A stretch of 64,000 nt of DNA, from the NCBI RefSeq assembly GCF_964204645.1, contig NC_134025.1, positions 16,033,101 to 16,097,100 of the forward strand. The letters run 5' to 3'. The translations under genes and the position numbers were made by a program. The notes under the pieces were generated by a model, which did not search any database, had not been told where the DNA came from, and saw only the letters and a program-made list of their open reading frames with translations. Below are positions 46,899 to 61,417 of the stretch, in pieces. Positions within the stretch are counted from its first letter, which is position 1; every line of letters starts with the position of its first letter. This DNA comes from Tubulanus polymorphus (Eukaryota; Animalia; Nemertea).

Positions 46899-49800
46899 AT
46901 TGCTGTCGCTGACATAATTTAACAATCTTATTATCCTTTAGCCACTTGAAATATATGGAGCTTTAACCATATGCCTCAATATCTTTTCAGCGAATTAGTC
47001 ACTGTTGACTTGAAGAATGAGCCGTCTACGGAATATGTTTGTGTGCTATTATTATTGCTGATGTTGCAAATAAGCAAGGAACTGCACTATCGAGATCACA
47101 TGTTATTGTTAATTGTTTATCATTTGTCACGGAAAATAGTACTTATCATGTTTTATCATGCTCGTGTGCTTCTGGTGATTTTAACCGGCAATGATTAAAT
47201 GTTATGACGAAAAATCTAACAGACGAACCAAATGTGTTTCTTCAGCGAGAGGAGTTGGCGTATTGTTTGCATTGCAAAGCCGTTAAATGTATATTCAATA
47301 CTCAGAATGAAATGGAGGAGCTTGATGAAGGTGTTGATAGTGGTCCCGAGTGCGTCCAGTTAAATTCGGATCCATTGACCATGGCAGTATGTGACTCTTT
47401 TGAAACTGTTGTCCTTTGATGGGAACCCAGACATAAACATATGATATGTGAAAGCTGTATTCATAATCAAAACTGTAGGCATTTGTTTTTCGCGAATGGT
47501 GTTCTGACGAGGGAGTGCCAGTGCCAGAGTCGGTGAGTGAAAATATAAGTCACCAAAAGCCAATGTCGGACGTGCGGATAAGTTATCCATGTAAAGATAG
47601 AACTAGAGATACTCTTGCGATGCGGGCACAAGGTATGTTCTATCCAAGAGATTTTGTCCCAATAATCGGAAAGAGATTAGATACATGTAGTCATGGTTAT
47701 AAGTGGGAGACTCGTGATCCAGTGCAGATGAATTGGTTTGTTGGTGTTGGTGTAATGCATACTGAACGGGGATCCCTAACTGGAAAATGTGACAATGGTG
47801 TATATAGAGAATTTTCAGGTCAGTTTATATCCATCCATATCTTCTTCATCCTACATTTTATGGAATATCTGTACTCCAGGGTAATGGGGAATTCCTCTAT
47901 TTGTTGTAAATTTATTTGGATTATTTAGCTTTTGCAGTTTACTATCGTCCAACAGTAGGTGACTGTGGGTGTAAACTAAACTATGATGGCAGTAACGATG
48001 GTATCCTGAACATAAATAACAAGGACTTGGTGGATTACTGCTTGCTATTTAAATACATGCATCTGATGGTTGAGGGTAGGAATCCACTGGCTACATATCA
48101 TCGGTAAGTTCTTGTCAAGGTTTCACAAGAGATTAACTCAAATTTCAGAATTAGTTGCCAACGGTTACCTTCCATTTTCAATTTGATAAAAAATTGAAAC
48201 TAATTTGAATTAAGCTTTATATTTTTGTGGAACTAGGTCTAGAAAGAATTGGGTATTGACACTGAACTAAGGAGTGAACGATTGTGTGTTTCAAGTCAAA
48301 TAAAGATTAAGAAAGAATCATTTTTTCATCCAAAATATATTTTACATGTTAAAACTGATCAATTTCTATTTGTTATTACAGTGCACTGGACAGATCAGCA
48401 AGAAGTATCCTTGGTTTAAATGCCATACCACTCCATACTCTCCAGAGAGCATGGAACAGTCTAGTCAACCTTCTTGATTTTGATTGGAAAGATGAGTTCT
48501 GCTGTTCTATCTGTGGCACAAATCCTAAGGTACAGAAGTACACAGATTTCGTTTTAGTACAACTCCCTTACTAATTTTTATATTTCTGACATACCTGTCA
48601 TTAGATAATTATCATCTACATGCATACATATTATAAAATAGAATAAAAAGGGCTAATAAAATATATGTTGATCATAAAATTTAGCTACCCCTGTTCACAA
48701 ACTTAGCCTTCCCTTAAGAATTTATCAATTGCTGACAGTCTGTTGTTGAATAGGTGATCATCCCCCATTTCACTTAGTAACATTATTTGCTTCTTACTCC
48801 TCACATTCTTGATTATTCTATCATCAGGTTATCGTATGTGATGGTGTCGATATCGGCTACAGGAGAGATCTTGTGAAGCAATTGTCAACCAATTCCAAAA
48901 CAACTGCCGATATTAAGATGAAAGGAAGTAAACACAGAGACCGAGTATTTGTGCCGGACAATAAAGCCAGGAAACTTTTACTTCAATATGCATGGGGACC
49001 CAAATATGGCAGCAAGACTTTGGTTTACCCGAAAGATCCAATTCCTTTAACCAGAGGAGAAAAGGTGACTTACTCAAACGCATCAGTAAATTTAACCACC
49101 TCAAGCCATTACAACAAATCATATCGACTCATCTTCAAATGAACTGTAAAATGTCTGAAATCAACTTGTTTCGTGCCATTAGTTGTAACGGACTGGCATG
49201 TGGACTACTGCAATGCAATTCGATGGACTTTATGGTAAAACAAATCCGGTTTATATTGACATCTGTTCAGTCAGTATTTAACAGTCAGAACACAGAGATG
49301 GTTAATCAGTTGTTGGTTAAAGCCCCGATTATCACAAGAGTTTCTTCAGACACACCTGTCATCAGAAGTAGATTCAGCTATGTACATTGACTTGATTTCA
49401 TCAATTTTGAACAAAGTGGAAGCTTGTTTTGAGGTATGCTTTGAAATTTACCACAATTTTTGGCAAAATGATTTGTGAGTTTTGTTTAAGTTTATCCCTT
49501 AAGGTGCTAGCCCTGCATTTTTTCATTATTGATATGTTAAATACTTTTATTTTTTTAGTGTGATGATCAATGTACATACGAGCCTGCACCAATTGAGCCA
49601 ATATTCCAGAGTTTGTCATTCTTTCCAAGTCTTCCCAAGCTTCACAGGTTTGTACTCAGTATTTAATTTAGTGCAGTCCATTTTTAAAACTAAATTTCTT
49701 TTTCCTGTTTATTCTTTATAGAAATGAAGATTGTTAAAATTAAAAATTAAAGCCTCACCCAATAATCAATACAACATTTCCTAGTGATTTCAAAACTTAA

Positions 49801-51982
49801 GAATCGTGTCTTTGGCTGCAAATAGATTTCTACTTTTAGCCTGCTTAGGATTTTAGCCTACAAAGTCACATCCTTTCTGTTCTATTACAGTGATGCTGAC
49901 TATCTTATGGATAGATCAAAGGATGATGATGACTGCAGAGATGGTGGCTGCAACAAATTTGCTAAGAGTCACAGGGTTCTCACTCCTGGAATATTTACTA
50001 TCTTTTGTCCGCATGGGATAAATTATGGATTCCAAGTACGTATATATTAGTGATGAGGATTCATGTCTTGCTTATTAACATTTCAGGCAACTACTGGGAT
50101 TCAAACCAGTGATATGTTATCCAAGATATATCAAGAAATGGTCAATACAGTAGACCTAAACTCGGAGTTGTACATATCAGAATATTGCTTAGCTCAGAAC
50201 AAATCTAAAAAATTTTTCTTAATGCAATTATTTCTCAAAAACAAAAATTTAGTCCCAATGAAATGCAATGTACCTCAAAAATTCTGAACATCCTCATGGC
50301 AATTTTTTTTAAAAGAAAGCAAAAACGAATCCCTCTGCATAACAACTTAAAATATACCTCTGAAATCCCATACCTCGGAAGAAAATCTCTGATCCCAAGA
50401 ATTCCGAATTATGCAGGGTGTACTGTATTTTTAAACCCACCTTAGTCTTGTTTTCATTGAAATGTAGTCGACATCAGTGTACTGTACTTTGCAGGTAATG
50501 GAAAGTTCAGAACCACAAAGATATCCATTCAACATATTCAAAACCAGGTTCCGTACACCACCTGAATTAGTTATTTATGATAATGCCTGCAAGTTGCACC
50601 AATACAGTCTGAATAGGTATGTATACCATTCAAAAGTTGCCTGAAGAAACCAGTGTGATTTATATATATATATATATATTTGTTATGTATCTTATAATAA
50701 CACTAAGGTACTTTTTGCCCTGTTTCTGAAACTTTTCAAAAACTTTTCTATAAATTTAGGGTGTGTCAACTTGTTTGAACAATTGTTTTAGAATGATATA
50801 TTCTTTTATCATTATTACAGGGAACCACAGTTCTTTAAGAATACCATGTTTGTAGTAGATAGGATGCACTGGAAAAATCATACTGGGTGAGTTCATATGG
50901 CATCTCTTCATGGAGAAAAAATAAAGAATTTGAAAACAACTCTGTAAAAATGTGAACTTAACATTTTCCTAAAAAATGATCATCAATAGTCTAGCTCAGA
51001 ATAAAAACTCATCAATAGAATGCCCCGTATAATCATCAGGGAATGGAAAACCAGTGCTTTAGTGTACTATAGTCATATTTACATAGTGTTATTTTTATTT
51101 TCCAGATGCTGCTGTGGTTACAAACTTGATACTTATGCAGCCAACGTGGATCTTAAAATGATAAATACACAAGTTAATGAACAGGCAAATAGTGGTATAG
51201 TTCGCCTTAAAGGTCAGTTGGCCTACATGAAGCCGGATAACTTTCTGAGACATTTGGCACTGTTTCTATGTATCAAAAACGGGGACAAAAAGGATAAAAT
51301 AATGCGCTAGTTATATATGACTTGATGCACGGTAAAAATGGTGAACGGAAGAAATGGCCAATGAAGAAATGGCCAAGGTATTTGCCTAGGAAAAAATGGC
51401 CAATTAACTACCAGAACATTTAAATGCATAGATATTTAGACATGTCACTTTTTGAAATTATTAGATCAATTTCTGAATTATTTTATTTTAGGTAAATTAG
51501 TTTACTATATAAATTACCACAAAATTTGAATCATGAAATAAAAAATATACTTTTTTCCCGGGATATTTTTACTGTATACCCGTATATACAGGTGCTGTTT
51601 TTAATGTTGTCATAGGCCTATGTAGTACATACATACACTGTTAGTGAATCACAATGGTACTATGATTTCTATAGGTCTATCATTTGTGTAGGAACTTGTA
51701 TTAGTGAAGATGAATTGGCAATTATAATTCAGCTAACACCATAATATTGGTGCATAATGGCAATTAAGACTTATATACTTGTAGCCAGTGTGAATAGCCT
51801 ATTTGGTGATTTAGTTTCAGTATTCACCTTTATAATTAATCACAGCTGGATAATAATTAATCACTGCTGGATAATTGATATAATTTAGGACTACTGTTAT
51901 TATTTAGTATTTTGTTCTAGTTTGCACATTTGTAGTTTCATTGTATTCAGAATAAGTATCATTTCTTCACTATAAATACATT

Positions 51983-54900
51983 TTATTAGGGTTTTCTGAC
52001 TTTCGTTGAAAACCCTTTTGTAATTCTGTTGATTGTTATTATTATTATTTACATATTTTCCACTTTTTTTCGCACATAAAATTCATCTTCTATCAGATTC
52101 GACAACTAACTGCTTCTAATTGCCATTTAGAATTCTGATAGTAATATAACACGCATTCGCTCCGCGTAGATTATATCTATGCACTCTCAGTCCTATTTTA
52201 AATTTAAAATTACTTACTGAAAGATAACACCGGATGATAGGAGCAATCGCGACTCGCCCTGTCCGCTACTCCCACTAACGATGAAAAGAGCGTCCTGTCC
52301 TGTGGCATGTTGGATAAGGTGTTTGACTCCCAACTGAGAGGCCGAGGGTTCGAATCCTAGTGAAACCATGCATTATCACAGTACAGCGCCGGCGCGCATC
52401 AATTGTTTTATTAATGAAACAACATGGTGGATGGTTGAAATCCTTTTCGGCTTAAATTTATCGCGAATTTTAGGATTTTAATGAATTTCACGAAACCATG
52501 ATTCTATTCGTAAATCAATTTACGTTGGCTACATTTCCTGAAGATTTCGGGGTCAAATCAACGTAATATGGACAGAAATTGTAGGACTCGGATCGATGAA
52601 AACGACAGCGGAGTTTATGTATTTTAAGGTGAGAATCCGTTAACCAGGGAATGTATTAAATGATTTCTTTAATAATATGAGTATGGTAGCAAATGAGTAG
52701 GCCTACTCGGTGAAGCAATGATCATTGTTGGCTACTTACTTAATGCCTAGCTTTTTTGGGGGATGCGCCTAGAATAGATTTAGGCCCTATAATGGGTAGA
52801 GCCAGTCAGTGGAATGCCTTAATAGCGGCTTGTTATGGCCTGGTTTACACTGAATGTGCATGACAATTTATTTAGCTATTATTCGTGGAATGAACTGGTC
52901 ACTACGGTCTTCAATTCCTTTGCGGATTCTTGCAGGAATATTAAACCACAGTGCCCAAATGTATGTTTCAAATTAGGCTTTTTCGACATTGACCGCCAAA
53001 GACTTAACTTAACACGCTAACTGAAGCGCAACTGTCTCAAATGCCGTAAGTACTTGACGTTTTGCGTAATTTTTTTTTTTAATGCTATATTTGGATTAGT
53101 AATCAGTCGTGCTAACATACATGTAGAATTGGATTCATTGTAATTATTGGATGATAATTCATGGGCGTCACGAGTCCTGCGACATACCCTTGATATGAAG
53201 CTTTTTTAATGTTAATCATTGACTTGTTTTGGAGTAAACTGAATAGCCCTTAAAATACCAATGCCACGTGGCTTGGTGTCTATGCTCTAACAGACTGTAG
53301 TAATAGATTTTCACAAGAAACTCATGATTTCAAAGATGTCTCCTAAGATATCTATATATTATTTCGCTCCTTACCTAAGTAATTCTTACATTTGATTGCT
53401 TAATTACAGATGGAAAGAGGTCAGATGGCATGAAAATCGACTGTGGCTGACTAATTGGCGCGAGTAACCAAAATGCTTCAATCATCAAGGGTAGACAAAT
53501 TAGCCGAAGATGAATGAAAACTTCACCTTGATGATCATCAGTTGATTTTGCTGTAATTATTTGCCTGGATATATCCTTCATTTCAAAATCTGTCTTCAGT
53601 AGAATTTCTTTCAATAAAATATTTTGAAGATTGAATTTGAATTGATCTTAAACCCAGAGAAAGCATTCAGAAATTTAGAAAATCCTTGACTCATAATCAA
53701 ATTCTGTAAAGTCAGTTAAGGTCTTTTTGGTCGAATCAAGCCAAGGGCTCAGGTGACTAAAACTCAATTCCTCACTGTCTTATAATGGCGAGTACGACAG
53801 AGTTTACACACTGAAACACGTTGGGCTGTGTAAAAGTAATTTGGATAAGTCCACAATATAATGACAGGCCTGCCCCGCTGCATCTGAGACGTCAACAAGT
53901 TAGACTGTATAGCTTCGATGACAAACTGACTCCTACGCAAGATGACCATCCAATTCAAATGTAAATTAAGAAAGAAAACAACAAAACTAGTTGCGTTGAT
54001 CAACAAAAATAAATCAATAGTTTATTACAATACTTCAATTTCAAAATAAGGATAGAAAAAGTGAACAATAAGTGTGTTTGTCATGCGTCTTTAAATATTT
54101 CCCAAGAATATATCTTTTTCTGGCCACCACCTGCCTCGACGTCAGACTTTTTCGAGATGATTTTCGCTGAAAATACGAAACAAGACAAAATTGATGGATG
54201 GGAATCATGCATGCTACAATTCACTTTTACTGCGAACATTGGAATGAGCTAAAGCAATTTGCTAGGAGGAAAAATTGAGTCAAATGGTGTTTCAAAATCT
54301 GGACGGGAAAAGTTTTACTGAATTGTATGGCTAATGGCAAATACATGTTTATATTGATAAGGTAAATATCTGTATAAAAGGTTGTATAGCAACTTGAATT
54401 GAAGGATTAATGCAATAGGTCTCTTATTCTAAAAGACGAGTGAGCCATGCTTACTAGATTGGTCATGTGAATCAACATCAAATTTAGAACTATCATCCAT
54501 TTTTAGTTTTCAATCAAAGACCAACCTATGAAATAAAGTACATATTTTTCTGATAACAACCTGGAATAAATTAAAATAAATCTGAGGAATTCACCAAATT
54601 TCTGTATCGAACCCCTAATATATAACCTATAGATTGATACTTACATACGACAAATTGACGAAGAAATTTCATTTGACAGTATACAAAGTCACGGACAAAC
54701 TCCCAAAATGAATCATGTCCTATTCACCTAGAATCAAACAAAATACAACTAAAAAATTCACAATACAGATTTCGGTTTCGAATCCTTCAAATAGCTGTTT
54801 ACTTACATGAAACGAATTATCAAACTATTTCTGCCGACAGCATACCAACTCGCTGACAAACCCCCAAAATGAAACGTGTCATGATAAACATCTGGAATTA

Positions 54901-56939
54901 AATGTAATAAAGCTAAGAGATTTACAAAATGTCGGTTTCGAATCCCTCAAATAGCCTTACACTTACAAATGATGGATTATCAAACAACTATGAACTCCCA
55001 CAACGCCACATGTCTTTGATAATCTACAGTGAAAACCTGGAATTAAATGAAATAAATCTTAAAATTCCGATTTGAACCCAACGTAAGCGCTCTCTCTACT
55101 TGTAGGCCTAAGATCTTGAAATAGGATAAATAATGTTATGATGAAAGAGGCATAATGGTTCGGAAAAAATTGAATTCAATATGGCTCTTGGCCCGGCAAA
55201 TTTTGCTTTTGAAATATCCTTTTGATTAGGCCTAGTTACACATTTTAAAAGCAAATTTCATTTTGCATCAAACTAAAAGCGGCTTTGTTGAGGAAAAGAT
55301 TCGTTTGAGTCGTAAAATTTATAGCCTAGAACCAATTTCTTCGTCAAAGCGTGATGCACAATTTTGACTAGGTCTTTTTTCCACGTGGTTGTGGACAGAA
55401 AATTTGAATAGGCCTAAATAATAGAATAATCTTTCTTAGGTTTCATGATCAAGATGCAGCATTAACATAGATTAATGCTTATCTTTTACAATTAGGCTTA
55501 TGTTTCAAAGGAAAATGCCCACAGTTGGTCGAACAGGGGTTAGGCATTGATGGTAGAGGGGCTGTGTGTGTGCTGAAACAGAGATAAAAATGCACGGGAA
55601 CGAGTTTGTCGAGCTTATTATTCCATCAGGGATAGTGTACTATAGTCATGTTATATATCAAAATGTTCCTTATTAGTTCCGCTGCATCGCTAAAAACAAA
55701 TTGAGATAGGTTTCCCTGCATTTGTTTACATATTACATCACTTACAACGATAAACGTCCGTCGCCGACTGAAAAATTCACAAAAACATCCGCAACCAATT
55801 CAAATTCAATTATATGGATCGGAAACCCTCCAGCGATGCACTCTATGATCTTTAGAACCTGTCTTTGCTGACTGGGAATAAGATATTTCTCAGCGCGAAG
55901 GGGTGGGCACAGCGTCACCAGGTCCCGCTCCGCGAGGAAGCTAGATTTTCAAAGAAATGAGTGCACGCGACGGCCGTGACCACTTCTTAGTGACGTCATC
56001 AAGAATGATGGCTCCGAGGATCGCCACATCACAGGTTACTGTGAATAAATGGGATTCGACCATTCAAAAGTTCAAAATGTACTTGTTTTGTAAAACAAGT
56101 TTATTCACGTCGTTATATAAAGCATTTTGTTTGAAACATTCTTTAATAATGTTTGTTGAGTTTAAAGCCAATTGTCGTTGTGTAATTCGATACTGGTCAC
56201 TGACATCAAAGTTTTAGTTTCTGTTCACATGTTTCGACTTATGAATATCCAACTTGTATGTTCTATCTTTTAATACAGGCCATGTGATTACTTGCGTATC
56301 ACTCCATTAGTTTAAAAAGAGAGCACATATTTCGATATTGTTAAATAATTAACTACATTTTTTTCTGTCACACGTTGATTTTTACCCATCACTTATAAAA
56401 TTCAAATGTACGTGATGTATTCTGTAAGCTATGTAAGCTTGTTCTTAAAAATACACTGAATTTTCAATTTGTACTGACCATAATAGTTTATTTTTCGTAA
56501 ATAAAATTTATATTTTAATTAAATAATTTCAAAATCTTTTCTATGCCCTCTGCCACAGAAAGTTACTAAGGACTATTACATATTCAGATGTACGTTGATA
56601 ATTGAATTCAATCCTACCTTCAAATAATTATATGAACATTATTTCGAAAAATGCAGGTGGCGCACAATCATAATACATACAACTCATCAAGCTGACGAGT
56701 CGTTTCCGTAACCAATGTACAGACGGGTAACCAATTTACTCGACTCCGCAGACAACTAAACTACCCGAGTAACCCCCAATTTGACTATAACTATAAATTA
56801 TGTTATGTTAAACCGCATTGGTGTGACTTGACACGTCAAATGCGTATCCCGTATTGATATATTTCTATTATCCACTTTTCAAACTATGAATAGCACGCCT
56901 GCTCAGAAAACCCGTTATCGCTGCTTTGCGGCTATATTT
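51983..56939 (+). mobile_element. Non-autonomous Helentron copy B (~5 kb)
   Basis: 5' TTATTAGGGTTTTCTG..GAAAACCCT hairpin. 3' CAGAAAACCCGTTATCGCTGCTTTGCGGCTATATTT (subTIR plus stem-loop). Internal ~165-bp tandem repeats at 54560-55080. T-rich target site. Confidence 0.7.
52296..52368 (+). pseudogene. tRNA-derived sequence (SINE head or tRNA pseudogene)
   Basis: A box TGGCATGTTGG, anticodon-like loop CTCCCAA and B box GGTTCGAATCC. The stems pair poorly. Confidence 0.55.
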
Positions 56940-57667
56940 TAATATTTTAATAGCAATTAAGACTTATTTACTTGTAGCCAGTGTGAATCGCCTAAATGGT
57001 GATTTTGTTTCAGTATTCACCTTTTATTGTAATAATTTAATCACAGCTGGATAAGTCATATAAGTTAAGACTACTGTTGTTCTAGTTTGAGATATTTGTA
57101 GATAAAATTGTATACAGAAATTGTGTGTCATTTCGTTACTATTAAATACATTATATTCAATATTTTAATTATCTTTTATCAATCTTATATTTTTTATTAA
57201 TTGGATTTTAAAGTTCAAGGATCTAAAAATATGTTTCAGGAGTTTGGCTTCGCCACTATTGTTAGGATATCTAGTCTGAAAATCCTTGAAATTTAGCGTA
57301 ATTAATCGACAAGAGTTATTCATGCTTCAACTGATTTCCAAAGATATGATAAAGAGACCTATTCTGCATACTCCATTGTCTAAGCTTCATCCTAAGGCAA
57401 AGAGAATTAAGCCCTGATCATGAGAAACAAGGCTTAATTTTATTGGCCTTATATTCCATCCTTAGAGAATGATTAACGGTAAATATGGTGGAACAAACCA
57501 CATGTAATTGGGTGTTTTTGAAGTGGTCATAAAGTTCCACATATATCAGCCTACTGGTATAATGAAAATAGAATAAAGCAGAATGTTATAGATATCATTT
57601 TTAATAAGAGTTCATTTAACATCTCATACACATTACAAGCAATTTTTCTCATAGTTCTCACTATTTT

Positions 57668-60101
57668 TTACTTAAGCTTTCTTTTCTTCTTTTCTTTTTC
57701 GAGTTCAGCCATTTTTTCTGTCATTTTACGTCTTCGAGTTCCGCGGCTACTAACTGCTGAAAAACAGAAAGATAAGACAATATGAGATATCGGAAATATT
57801 ATCTGGACATAGGACAACTTTATAACAACATTTCGGCATGTCTCGAAAACTTTGAAAGCAATGTTGTGGGTTCAAATGTGACATTCATCCGCATTACAAT
57901 TTGCCTCTCCTTATTAGACCCAAGGATTTGCAGATTAAGAACGCTAATAATATTATTATTACAAGAAAATTATTCAAAAAGACATAGCAATTGACTGTAA
58001 ACCATCTTTAAAAAAGAACAGCATTTCTGTAAGTCAGGATAAATTAAATTACAATGAATTAAATCAATGTAGCATATTCCTCACCTTCAATAGAGGCAGT
58101 TGGTGTGTTTATTTGGGAATTTTCTTCTATAGGTTGTTCTTGTGCATTGGTGACTTCAGAGATGTCTTAAAGGACCGAGAAGTTTATCTCTGCTAAATCG
58201 TTAGCATTATTGACCATTTCTATGATGTTTGAGATTTTGTCATCAGCTGCAAAGACATAAAATTTTAATAATAATATAATTTGTAAAGTGCTGTAATTCA
58301 ATGCTGAGACAAAGTTCAAAAGCGCTCCTCTGGAGTGTTATAGTATGCACAGAAAAGTACTGTTTTGAGGTGAGACTTGAATTGAACAGACGACATATCC
58401 AGAAATATTCACATGAGTACACATATAAAGGGTGTCTATAAAATGCATCTGCATATGTTTCCCATAGATTTGAAAATTGAATAACAGTCTATTTAATCAT
58501 TTCATTTAAAAAACTTACATTCACTTTCCAGAGAAACATCAAAGGCTGCTCAAAGGTAGTATTCCTTACTACTGTTGCAATCTGTTGTTGGTGTTCATCA
58601 GTGGTTGCTGAAAATATAAATTTTAGAAATCAAACAAATTAAATTTGGACAATAAGATATCAGCTCTTAGAAAATATACTATTATAATCTCAAATATTTA
58701 CTTTAATTTTGCTTACGTCGAATTTTAGGGCATTCAGAATCAGGCGACTCGAAGAATTGGAAAAATCGTTTTTGAGCCAATTTCCTTAATTTCTGGGTTG
58801 TTTTGATTCTGCGATAATTTTGTCAATGTCAAAAATAAATCAGTGGGTGGCCTCGCCAACTAAAGTTTGCTTCCTACGGGCCTGTTTGTAGTTGTCGCAC
58901 AAGACCTAATGAATTTATTTAGCCTAACAGTATTTGCTATAAATTTCATATGTATATGTACTAACATTCTGATTGAGGAGCAGATGCTTCAGGTGTTGCA
59001 TTTGTTGAGTTACATTGAGTGATTTTAATTGTAGCAGCATTTGTTCTGTCTGATTGAGATGGTGCATTTGAATTTGATGAATCGCTCTCACTCTCAGGAG
59101 AGACATTACTTCCATCTGATTCACCTGAAAAAATTCAGAAAGAATACATGTTACATGCACATTAAAATAATTGCAAGCTTGGGAGCTCATACCATACAAC
59201 GGCGCACGAGAAGCTGGTGTACCAAGCAAACAGTAGGCCTACTTAGTAGTCTTAGTAGTTATAATTATAATATATTCCATTCCATCAACTATCATGTACA
59301 ATTATTTTACATTAGGCCCTACTTGGGGCTTATAGTTACCTCAACAAAAGATCGTTACTAAGCTGAACAAGGACTTAATTACCTCAACAATAAAGAACTT
59401 TCTAATTAGCGAGCTGACCAGAAGTAGGCTACATTACAGTTAGCCTATGTAGCCTATAGTGAATAGTTGATTAGTGAATTGTTTCACTCTTTTCATTTTG
59501 ACTTGAAATTTAGGCTAAAATATTCTCTGTGGGAACCCTGCAAAGATGATATATTTTTAGTTAGTTGGACTTACCAGTCAAATGAAGTACATTGTGGTAT
59601 TCATATGCGGCTTGAATTATTCTTCGACACAGCTGGGTGTGCGACTCTTGATTTTTCAAATCTTTGTTTCTTGAATCGCTCTTTGGATTACTCCATGGAA
59701 TGTCTGATGGCCCCCATGGCGTTCTTTTTGCCTCATTTTTTCCATCTTGGAATTTTTTCGCAATTTGGGTTTTCAATAAGTTTCGATAATAATGCCACTG
59801 TTGGAACTATAACGCGGAGTTCAATCAGCGGTATCTTATTTAATGATCGTCCATGCACAATTCTTAAAACCGGGAGCTCATATACGGGTTCGTCGATAAC
59901 AATATCCTGCGCTGCTGGTGGTGCTATTTCCATCGTCGGTGTTGTTAACGCAATGTTTATTGATGTCGTGATGCCATCCAAGTTTTCCAGTATCGCACTT
60001 TTTGCCAGTGATGAGCCGATGACGGCTATTTTTTTTCCTTGGTTACTTTGTCCAAAATGTTCCAACCTCCATGTTCGTACTTTTCGCATAATTGTCGACA
60101 C
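57668..60101 (-). pseudogene. Unknown five-exon gene convergent with the KDZ transposase
   Basis: GT-AG exons at 60101-59575, 59124-58966, 58607-58519, 58246-58085 and 57756-57668. The middle is Ser/Glu/Thr-rich (GESDGSNVSPESESDSSNS..) and the end is basic and NLS-like (RGTRRRKMTEKMAELEKEKKKRKLK*). Internal stops and a frameshift are present. Confidence 0.65.
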
Positions 60102-60734
60102 TTTTCACTAACTTACACTGCGCTTTCTGGGTTCGAGTATCCATAATGATAAAATGTAGGTATGAGGTAACGATATGATAAAATAAACTATATATGCGGT
60201 AACGATATGATGAAAAAATAAACTATGAATAAATACTGTAACAAAACTATAACAAATGATAATGTCCCGTTCGCAAGATTCTGTAGATAAGATGTGACCA
60301 GTTGCACTAACATGATCAGGTATGAGTACCACTGTAGTGGTTTAGGCTATATAATGTATCAGGCACAATAATAAATGTTTTGATTAGACCAGGGCTACTA
60401 GGCAGAAATTTTAAGGGCCAATTAGTCTATGTACAAGTGGTCTGGTGTGTTACCCATGAAAAAAGCAATCAAAATAAAGACAATGAGCAGAGTGCATGGT
60501 AATTGATGGTTGGCTGATTGCTTACATGTACCAGTGGTATAGGACAGACACCAGTGGTTTGGTGCGTTACCCATGAAAAAGCACTAAAATATTTGATTAT
60601 ATGCTTTGATTAAAATAAATTCAATGAACTAAGCTCAAGGTAATTTGGGCTCTATTCATATACCAGTAGCAGTTGTTTATTATTTCTGGCAATTAATTTT
60701 TCAGAAATGTTTCAAACCTTTTCTCTCAAGGAAA

Positions 60735-60925
60735 ATGAGCAGAAATCATGAGCAGAAATCTAGAAACCTGAGCAAAAATTCTGAGCAGCTTTTAGAATAA
60801 TACCTTAGCATAAATTCTGACCAACTTGAAACATGAGCAAAAATTCTGAGCAGCTTTCCAAAAACCTGAGCAACTTTCAGAAAGGAAAAAGTGTGCATGA
60901 GCAGAAATCATGAGCAGCTTTCAAA
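60735..60925. repeat. TGAGCAG subterminal-type repeat array
   Basis: About 9 copies of (C/A)TGAGCA(G/A), the reverse complement of the arrays near 40355-40470. Confidence 0.8.
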
Positions 60926-61417
60926 AATGAATACATTTTATACCTGCGTACTGAGCTTTGCTGTCTCAAACAAACACATGTAATTGTTGTGATAATTAAC
61001 GGACTCATGGATTGAACTCCAAAACAAAATTTGCAAAAAAAATCCGGCAACATTGCTGCGATGTACAAAAGATTTCTTTCTTCATAATCCGAAAATGAAA
61101 TCGATTTTACGAATTGAATATCCCAGAGACCTGTCCCTGTTAAATAAGGTGTAGGAATAAGATGTTTAGGAGGGTTGAAATTCAATAGGCCTAAGACCAA
61201 TCCATCCGGATGTTAGGCCTACGCATATGCATAGGCCTACGTAGGCTAGTAGCCTCTACTAGGTTAAAGCTAAGTTCAATATAAAATGCATGATTTATTA
61301 AAATGCATGTATTAGTGATTAACTGGTTCTGACTTCCAATGATCAATCACAATCATTAACGATATTCTATTGGCAAAAATGAAGAACTAATTCCTAATGA
61401 CTTAAGTTACTGCGGAT

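Larger units (their letters stand above)
40000..51310 (+). pseudogene. Multi-exon KDZ-family transposase (HMGXB3/Kyakuja-like)
   Basis: GT-AG exons at about 47929-48103, 48382-48529, 48828-49432, 49891-50035, 50495-50616, 50821-50886 and 51106-51310. They splice to CSICGTNPK|VIVCDG...TPGIFTIFCPHGINYGFQ|VMESSE..KTRF..VIYDNACKLHQYSLNR|EPQFF..VDRMHWKNH..C.GY..INTQVNEQAN. Frameshift at ~49065. The link to the first exon (40000-40223) is inferred. Confidence 0.75.
51761..57155 (+). repeat. Pair of diverged ~210-bp direct repeats (51761-51982 and 56953-57155)
   Basis: GCAATTAAGACTTAT.TACTTGTAGCCAGTGTGAAT..TTTCAGTATTCACCTTT..AATCACAGCTGGATAA..AAATACATT occurs on both sides of Helentron B. Confidence 0.85.

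Noticed and set aside
52296-52368. Functional tRNA-Gly(CCC) gene
   Set aside because: The acceptor and anticodon stems pair poorly, and it lies inside a repeat element.
53380-54000. Captured gene fragments inside Helentron B
   Set aside because: No sustained frame or recognisable domain by eye.
59467-60111. 214-aa plus-strand ORF
   Set aside because: It is the antisense shadow of exon 1 of the minus-strand gene, which has consistent splice signals.
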